A DNA stretch of 64,000 nt from an uncultured Acidobacteriota bacterium (GTDB taxonomy: Bacteria; Acidobacteriota; Blastocatellia; RBC074), in contig CADECP010000016.1 in the NCBI GenBank assembly GCA_902825875.1, positions 21,519 through 85,518 of the forward strand, in the 5' to 3' direction. How positions within the stretch are numbered: the stretch's first letter is position 1; each line of letters starts with the position of its first letter. The notes below the pieces were generated by a model, which ran no database searches, was not told where the DNA came from, and was given only the letters and a program-made list of their open reading frames with translations. Made by a program: the position numbers and the translations under genes. This document shows positions 58,380 through 64,000 of this stretch, one piece after another.

Positions 58380-59270
58380 ATGCAAGTTGCAACATGTAAA
58401 GAATCAACCGCCACTCTCTCTTCATCAGCGAACTTTCCGAATTCGATCAATCAGGAAATCATCGTCAAAGAGCAGACGCTTCGCCGATTGTTGCGCCAGA
58501 TGGAATCCGTCATTGTCGCTTATTCAGGTGGAGTGGACAGCGCCTATCTGGCTTATGTCGCGGCTGACGAGCTTGGCCAACGAGCGTTGGCTGTGACCGG
58601 AGAAAGTCCCAGCTACCCGGATTTTCAGCGGCAGGATGCGCTGGAAGTCGTTCGGAAATTTTCGATTCCTCACCAATTCGTCAACACCGAAGAAATTCAC
58701 GATCCGAACTACCAGGCCAATCCGGCCAACCGCTGTTATTTCTGTAAACACGAATTGTTCACCAAACTGAGCCAGCTTGCCGATGAGCGCGGCTATGCCT
58801 TTGTCTGTGACGGCAACAACGCCGACGATGTCGGCGATTATCGTCCGGGCAGGCAAGCGGCCAGGGAGTTGAACGTCCGTAGTCCGCTGATCGAAGCCGG
58901 ATTGACGAAAGCGGAAATTCGCGCGCTTTCCGAACGTGCCAGTTTGCCGGTGTGGGATCGCCCGGCGTCGGCATGTTTGTCGTCGCGGATTCCTTACGGA
59001 ATGCCTGTGACAATTGAAAAGCTTTCAGTCATCGAACGCGGCGAAGCCAAATTGCGGTTGCTGGGCTTTCAACAAATGCGTGTTCGTCACCACGGCGATG
59101 TCGTTCGCATCGAAATCGCTCCTGACGAATTGCCGCGCGCGTTGAACGTGGACATGGCTCAACGAATTGCGGCGGCGTTCAAACAATTGGGATTCAAGTT
59201 CGTCACGCTTGATTTGGAAGGATACCGAACCGGCGCGCTGAACGAATCACTTAAAACTTCTGACAAATAA
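58380..59270 (+). CDS. PP-loop ATP pyrophosphatase of the LarE/TIGR00268 family (three-cysteine type)
   Basis: 'IVAYSGGVDSAYLAYVA' PP-loop (SGGxDS), 'CYFCKHELF' and downstream 'SACLSSR' cysteines. Confidence 0.6.
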   Translation: MQVATCKESTATLSSSANFPNSINQEIIVKEQTLRRLLRQMESVIVAYSGGVDSAYLAYVAADELGQRALAVTGESPSYPDFQRQDALEVVRKFSIPHQFVNTEEIHDPNYQANPANRCYFCKHELFTKLSQLADERGYAFVCDGNNADDVGDYRPGRQAARELNVRSPLIEAGLTKAEIRALSERASLPVWDRPASACLSSRIPYGMPVTIEKLSVIERGEAKLRLLGFQQMRVRHHGDVVRIEIAPDELPRALNVDMAQRIAAAFKQLGFKFVTLDLEGYRTGALNESLKTSDK

Positions 59271-59275
59271 AAAGA

Positions 59276-59315
59276 GGGCGGGGAATCAACGGATCACCCG
59301 CCCAATGTATTTTCC
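59276..59315 (+). terminator. Probable intrinsic terminator (gggcggg-N14-cccgccc plus aatgtattttcc)
   Basis: 7-bp GC stem plus T-rich tail, 6 nt after the larE-like stop. Confidence 0.45.
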
Positions 59316-59381
59316 CCAGTTCTTTTCAACAGACCACCACGCCGACCCAGTGGCCATAAGCACCAAGCCAAGGAGGTAACA

Positions 59382-60659
59382 TTGGCATTAGTAGACGATG
59401 GCATTCGGCAATTCCGGGAAGACAATCCCTTTGAATCAATGATGTGGCGCTTCGATAATGCAGCGCGCCTACTTGATCTCGACCCCGACCTTTACAAAGT
59501 TCTTCGCGTCCCCAATCGGGAAATCACTGTTTACATTCCAGTGTTCATGGATGATGGGCACATAGAAGTTTTCACTGGCTATCGTGTGCAGCACAACTTC
59601 GCGCGCGGCCCAGCCAAAGGCGGCATCCGTTACGCGCCGGACGTGACAATTGATGAAGTTCGCGCGCTGGCTGCCTGGATGACCTGGAAATGTGCGGTCG
59701 TCAACATTCCGTTCGGCGGAGCCAAAGGCGGCGTAATTTGTGACCCTTCGCAGATGTCTCAAGGGGAATTGGAGCGCATGACCCGGCGATACACCGCCGA
59801 ACTGGTGGATTTCATCGGCCCCGAACGCGACGTGCCTGCGCCGGATATGAATACCAACGAACAAACAATGGCCTGGATCATGGACACGTATTCCATGCAC
59901 GTTCGACATACCGTAACAGCAGTTGTCACCGGAAAGCCGGTTGACTTGTCCGGTTCGCGCGGTCGCCGCGAAGCCACCGGGCGCGGATTACTGTTCGTTG
60001 TGAACGAAGCCGTCAAGAAGCTGGGCATGCGACCGGAAAAAACTCGCGTAGCGATTCAAGGTTCGGGCAATGTCGGCGGCATCGCGGCCAAATTGATGCA
60101 CGAAACCGGCTACCAAATCGTAGCCATTTCGGATGTTCGCTGTGGTATTTACAACTCGAAAGGGTTGGATTTGCCGAAAGTTATGACTCATCTGGCGAAG
60201 CACAAAACTCTGGAAAAATTCCCTGACGCCGAGCCAGTCACCAATAAGGATTTGCTGGAACTTGATTGCGATGTTTTGCTGCCAGCCGCGACAGAAAACC
60301 AGATTACCAGCAACAATGCTTCGCGCATTCGGTGCAAAATTCTGGCTGAAGGAGCCAACGGCCCAACCACAGCAGCGGCAGACGACATACTGGAAAGCAA
60401 CGGCGTCTTTGTCATCCCGGACATTCTGGCCAACGCAGGCGGAGTAACGTGCAGCTATTTCGAATGGGTTCAGAATCGAATGGGTTATTTCTGGAAAGAA
60501 GAGATGGTCAATGAACGGTTGCAGGACATTATGGTCGCCAGCTTCCATGACGTATGCAAATACGCGGAAAGTCATGCTGTTAATAATCGAGTCGCCGCTT
60601 ACATGTTGGCGATTGATCGCGTGGCATATATCACCCGAGTGCGAGGAATTTATGCCTGA
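59382..60659 (+). CDS. gdhA: Glu/Leu/Phe/Val-family glutamate dehydrogenase
   Basis: '[21 protein letters not shown]' catalytic-Lys glycine-rich motif; NAD(P)-binding '[11 protein letters not shown]'. Confidence 0.9.
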   Translation: MALVDDGIRQFREDNPFESMMWRFDNAARLLDLDPDLYKVLRVPNREITVYIPVFMDDGHIEVFTGYRVQHNFARGPAKGGIRYAPDVTIDEVRALAAWMTWKCAVVNIPFGGAKGGVICDPSQMSQGELERMTRRYTAELVDFIGPERDVPAPDMNTNEQTMAWIMDTYSMHVRHTVTAVVTGKPVDLSGSRGRREATGRGLLFVVNEAVKKLGMRPEKTRVAIQGSGNVGGIAAKLMHETGYQIVAISDVRCGIYNSKGLDLPKVMTHLAKHKTLEKFPDAEPVTNKDLLELDCDVLLPAATENQITSNNASRIRCKILAEGANGPTTAAADDILESNGVFVIPDILANAGGVTCSYFEWVQNRMGYFWKEEMVNERLQDIMVASFHDVCKYAESHAVNNRVAAYMLAIDRVAYITRVRGIYA

Positions 60660-60660
60660 A

Positions 60661-60777
60661 ATGGTGGTTGGTGATTGGTGGCTGGTGGTTGGTTGGACGA
60701 GTCTTGCTTGCCAAATTACCAAATGAATCGGGCAAATTTTACCGACCACAGACCACCGGCCACCGATCACCAAATCG
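60661..60777 (+). repeat. G-rich imperfect hairpin repeat (family 3), copy B, immediately after the gdhA stop
   Basis: atggtggttggtgattggtggctggtggttggttgg ... ccgaccacagaccaccggccaccgatcaccaaatcg arms with an internal small hairpin (ttgcc...ggcaa) in the loop. Confidence 0.55.
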
Positions 60778-60811
60778 CCCTTAAGTCTTTGCGTAGAGAA
60801 CGAGATTGCAA

Positions 60812-60840
60812 TTGACACTTCTTAAACCATCGTATAGATT
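60812..60840 (+). promoter_or_regulatory. Candidate sigma-70 promoter (TTGACA -N17- TAGATT) about 190 nt upstream of the OmpA-like gene
   Basis: Consensus -35 hexamer, 17-bp spacer, 4/6 match at -10. Confidence 0.35.
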
Positions 60841-60880
60841 CTGGCTCGAAGTTGTATCCAGTCTTCATTCTCTTTGTTGT

Positions 60881-60950
60881 CAGCCCTCCGCAGTAAGAAG
60901 TCTTTCGCACTGACGGGGTTTACCCTGCGGTAACGAGGGCTGCTCTTTTT
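60881..60950 (+). promoter_or_regulatory. Leader hairpin plus U-tract (cagccctccgcag-N32-ctgcggtaacgagggctg-ctcttttt): possible attenuator or riboswitch expression platform in the 5' UTR of the OmpA-like gene
   Basis: Read directly from the sequence; lies between the candidate promoter and the AGGAGGAG Shine-Dalgarno at 61016. Confidence 0.35.
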
Positions 60951-61027
60951 AACCGAACGGATATTTCGTTCTGGAAGCATCAAGTAACTCAATAGACGTT
61001 AGTCACCCAATTTCCAGGAGGAGAATT

Positions 61028-63349
61028 ATGAGTTTTGCGAGAAAAATGGTCAGTTTGATGCTCGCGCTCCTTATTACCACAGCGATTGCGCAAGCACAGA
61101 CTCCCCGCTCAACGGATGATCCTCGCAACCAAGCCCCAACGGTAAACGGCGGCACCGGACTTTTTACGGTTTACGACGCGCAGACTTTGCGTAAAGGCGA
61201 GTTCAACATTGGCTTTTTTGCCAATCACTTTCACCGCGATCCGGCTGATGTCAGATGGCAAGTTTATCCCGTCAACTTTCAAGTTGGATTTAACGATCAT
61301 CTTGAATTGTTTGCTCACTTCGAAGCCCAGCGTGTGGTAACGGTCGGCACGCCAGCTCTGCTTAGCGGTTTTTATCTGCCGGACGTCAGAACAAAAACCT
61401 TGCCAGTTGGTCGTTTGGTGATTGTGCCGGGACAGAATACTGCCTCGTTCACGATTGGCGACCCTTGCGGTAACGGCGGATTCCCTGGTCCGTGCCGTGC
61501 GCCAAACGTTGGTGGACTCGGTGGTTTTGCTTCGGGGCCATTTGTCGCTCGACCCAGCGGAAATGATACTGCTGTTTATGTTGGTTTGGGCGCTCCGGTC
61601 GGAGGCATTTTGCCTGCACTGGCTCCGAACGTGAATCCGAACTACTTGCCGAATGCTCCTTTCCTGGCGCGTTTCTCCGATAATCACTTGGGCGATGTTT
61701 GGATCGGCGGCAAAATCCGCTTTACCGGTCCGAAAAATCCTTTTGGTTTTGCGTTGATTCCACTCGTTAAAATCCCGACCACTCAGGAATTGTTTACCGG
61801 TCTGGAACGCGGACGCGGCACAGGCAATTTCGATTATGGTGTGATTGCTGCCTTCGATGGCCGTCTGCACAAGTACATCAACCTGAGCACGAATATCGGC
61901 TTCATCAAAAAAGGCGATCCGCAAGCTGCGGATATGAACCTTGGCCCGCTTTGCGTTGGTTGCAGCGTGATTCAGGGCTTCGGTCGCAGCGAACGTTCGC
62001 TGGATATTCCGAACGAACTTCGTTCCGGCGTCGGCGTGGATTTCCCGCTGAGCCAGTATCTGCAACTGATTGCCGAAGTCAGCGCGACGCATTATGTCGG
62101 TTCGCGTACGCCGAGTTTGCTGACCAACAGTCCGGTTGATTTTGTCGCTGGTGCTCGCGTGTTTCCGACTCGCTGGCTTTCTATCAGCGCGGCATATCAG
62201 CGCCACCTGAATTGGTTCTCGAATATCAACAGCCGCTTCAGCCCGAACGGGTTCATCGCGGGTCTGTCCATCGGCCACGTCAACAAACGTGAAGAACCGT
62301 TGCTGCCAAACCAACCGCCTTCAGTGGCGTTGGCTCTGGGCAATGTCAGCAAAGGCTCAAACGATCTGTTGCGCGAATCCGCCAGCACGGTTTGTGCGGG
62401 CGACAAAGTTGATCTGCGCGCGACGGCTTCCGATCCGGATGGTGACGCGCTGGTTTACTCCTGGAGTTCGAGTGGTGGGCGTGTGACTGGCGATGGAGCC
62501 AGCACGGTGTTTGATACCACTGGTCTTGCTCCTGGCGATTACACGATCACGGTTCAAGTGGACGACGGTTGCGGTTGTATTGCCTTCGATTCGAAGACGA
62601 TCCGCGTCACCAACTGTCCGCCGCTTACCGTTTGCTTTGGCCCGAATCTTGACCTGAACGTCAGTTCTTCGTCAGTTGAAGCCGGTGAGAAGGTCAACTT
62701 CTCGACTGGTGGTGTGACTGGCGGACGTAACTACGGCAATGTCCAATACCAATGGTCAACTTCGGCTGGCAACATCAGCGGCAGTGGTCTGAGCGCGACG
62801 CTCGATACAACCGGCGTCACTGGTGGCACGACCATCGAAGTCACCGTGAAAGCGGTTTCTGACGCGGGTGGTTGTTCGGCCAGCGGTACGGCTCGCACCA
62901 GCATCAAGATGCCACCGCCACCGCCGCCGCCAACGCCGAAACCGCAAGCTTCGGTCATTGATAACTGCGTGACGTTCAAGAAGAACGCGACGCGCGTTGA
63001 CAACGCTTGCAAGGATATTCTGCAGAGCAAGGTTATTCCGGCTCTCCAAGCCGATCCTGGCGCGAAGATCGTCATTGACGGTTATCGCGGCGAGAAGGAA
63101 AAACCGGCGAAGATCAGTCTGGATCGTGCGAAGAATGTCCGCGACCGTCTGGCCGATGGCAAACTCGGTACCGCGATTGATGTCAATCGTATCGTGGTGC
63201 GCGACGGCGGCCCTTCGGCTGACACGCAAGTCCGAATTTGGCTGGTTCCGTCCAACGGTATTGATCCCGAAGGACCGGCTCCGGCGACGGTTGGCGACGT
63301 AACGCCTGAAAAAGGCGGACGCCGTCCGGCGCGAAAACCCCGGCAGTAA
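61028..63349 (+). CDS. Exported OmpA-family protein: N-terminal beta-rich domain (about 430 aa), two PKD/Ig-like repeats, poly-Pro linker, C-terminal OmpA-like peptidoglycan-binding domain
   Basis: Signal peptide '[17 protein letters not shown]'; repeats '[20 protein letters not shown]...'; '[11 protein letters not shown]'; C-terminal '[20 protein letters not shown]...[10 protein letters not shown]' OmpA_C-like. Confidence 0.6.
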   Translation: MSFARKMVSLMLALLITTAIAQAQTPRSTDDPRNQAPTVNGGTGLFTVYDAQTLRKGEFNIGFFANHFHRDPADVRWQVYPVNFQVGFNDHLELFAHFEAQRVVTVGTPALLSGFYLPDVRTKTLPVGRLVIVPGQNTASFTIGDPCGNGGFPGPCRAPNVGGLGGFASGPFVARPSGNDTAVYVGLGAPVGGILPALAPNVNPNYLPNAPFLARFSDNHLGDVWIGGKIRFTGPKNPFGFALIPLVKIPTTQELFTGLERGRGTGNFDYGVIAAFDGRLHKYINLSTNIGFIKKGDPQAADMNLGPLCVGCSVIQGFGRSERSLDIPNELRSGVGVDFPLSQYLQLIAEVSATHYVGSRTPSLLTNSPVDFVAGARVFPTRWLSISAAYQRHLNWFSNINSRFSPNGFIAGLSIGHVNKREEPLLPNQPPSVALALGNVSKGSNDLLRESASTVCAGDKVDLRATASDPDGDALVYSWSSSGGRVTGDGASTVFDTTGLAPGDYTITVQVDDGCGCIAFDSKTIRVTNCPPLTVCFGPNLDLNVSSSSVEAGEKVNFSTGGVTGGRNYGNVQYQWSTSAGNISGSGLSATLDTTGVTGGTTIEVTVKAVSDAGGCSASGTARTSIKMPPPPPPPTPKPQASVIDNCVTFKKNATRVDNACKDILQSKVIPALQADPGAKIVIDGYRGEKEKPAKISLDRAKNVRDRLADGKLGTAIDVNRIVVRDGGPSADTQVRIWLVPSNGIDPEGPAPATVGDVTPEKGGRRPARKPRQ

Positions 63350-63377
63350 TGCTCAGGGCTTTTGAGCCGTAACAAAT

Positions 63378-63418
63378 TGAGAGGCAGGTGGTCGTTGATC
63401 GCCTGCCTCTTTTTAATT
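63378..63418 (+). terminator. Rho-independent terminator (agaggcagg-N12-cctgcctct plus ttttaatttc)
   Basis: GC stem plus U-tract 28 nt after the stop. Confidence 0.7.
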
Positions 63419-63465
63419 TCAACACTGGTGCAGGTCTGTCACCAGTCACAGCCCAACATTTGTTT

Positions 63466-64000
63466 ATGTTCGAAGGCAAAACCATTCAGGCTACAGAACG
63501 TTCGGCAGAGCCACCTGCCGAAGCTCCAATCGAAAAATACATCTGCATCGCAGTTTTTGTTCTTGCGCTGATTGTCGGAGCTTGGTTCAGATTTTCCGAC
63601 ATCAGTTTGAGGCCGTTTCACCACGATGAAGGTGTCAACGGCCATTTCATGCTGAATCTGGTTCGCAACAACTTGTACCGATACGACCCGACAAATTATC
63701 ACGGCCCGTCGTTGTATTACTTTACGTTGGTTGCGGTTCGCGTTTTCGGTGAAAGCGACTTTGCCTTGCGACTGACGCCAGTGCTGTTTGGGATTCTTAC
63801 CGTTGCGATGGTTTGGTTGTTGCGCCGCCAGTTGGGAACGATTGGAACTCCTGTAGCAGCATTTTGCATGGCGTTGTCACCGTGTCTGGTCTTTTACTCG
63901 CGGTACTTCATTCACGAAATGTCGTTTGGATGTTTTTCGCTGGGAATGGTCGTGGGATTTTGGCGATACGCCGAAGACAAGAAGTTTTACTGGCTGGCGC
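63466..64000 (+). CDS. Membrane glycosyltransferase of the PMT/ArnT-like GT-C superfamily (TIGR03663-like); 3' end truncated by the window edge
   Basis: ATG at 63466; open frame to the window end; '[13 protein letters not shown]...YDPTNYHGP' motif and multiple TM helices. Confidence 0.55.
   Translation, partial: MFEGKTIQATERSAEPPAEAPIEKYICIAVFVLALIVGAWFRFSDISLRPFHHDEGVNGHFMLNLVRNNLYRYDPTNYHGPSLYYFTLVAVRVFGESDFALRLTPVLFGILTVAMVWLLRRQLGTIGTPVAAFCMALSPCLVFYSRYFIHEMSFGCFSLGMVVGFWRYAEDKKFYWLA

Noticed and set aside
60511-60726. Track ORF ending in the W-rich peptide MVVGDWWLVVGW
   Set aside because: It overlaps the gdhA 3' end in another frame and continues into the G-rich hairpin; treated as a structural element rather than a gene.

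Overview
This 64 kb window looks like chromosomal DNA from an Acidobacteriota-type soil bacterium (Solibacter/Bryobacter-like). That assignment is inference from gene content, not from a database search. The evidence is TonB-dependent receptors with an N-terminal carboxypeptidase-regulatory-like domain (CarboxypepD_reg), extracytoplasmic-function (ECF) sigma factors paired with Ser/Thr kinases, and giant proteins of repeated Ig-like domains ending in a shared Solibacter-type C-terminal domain. Gene density is high, with no rRNA, tRNA or CRISPR array. Three things stand out. (1) An ECF-sigma-centred surface-protein region (about 6.2 to 24.6 kb): ECF sigma -> anti-sigma -> a 1525-aa multi-Ig protein on the minus strand; and a second ECF sigma translationally coupled (GTGA overlap) to a WD40 Ser/Thr kinase, divergent from an 1821-aa protein with Kelch, LamG and Ig-like repeats and the same roughly 215-aa C-terminal domain. 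(2) A long minus-strand, co-directional pectin/oligogalacturonide utilisation locus (about 34.6 to 50.9 kb): PL10 pectate lyase, GH28+CE12, CE8+esterase, two TonB-dependent receptors, a PL22-like oligogalacturonide lyase and a divergent LysR regulator. A retropepsin-like protease plus an overlapping small ORF sit inside it. (3) Three families of small, highly structured intergenic repeats: a roughly 200-bp MITE-like element with terminal inverted repeats in two inverted copies, a roughly 90-bp double-hairpin element downstream of two genes, and a G-rich GGTGATTGG hairpin with G-quadruplex potential directly after two stop codons. Other content includes mgtE, a TPR protein with a CHAT protease domain, a di-haem cytochrome c peroxidase, a truncated PolX N-terminal fragment, a GMC oxidoreductase, a low-GC Rpn/YhgA-like nuclease gene carrying a perfect 12-bp x5 in-frame tandem repeat, several glycosyltransferases, a bshB-bshA (bacillithiol) operon, a RelE/ParE-type toxin-antitoxin pair, ppgK, a LarE-like PP-loop ATPase, gdhA, and an OmpA-like surface protein with a structured leader. 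Note that coordinates I counted by hand around 10.7 kb disagreed with the supplied ORF track by 1 nt, so non-ORF coordinates may be off by a few bases.
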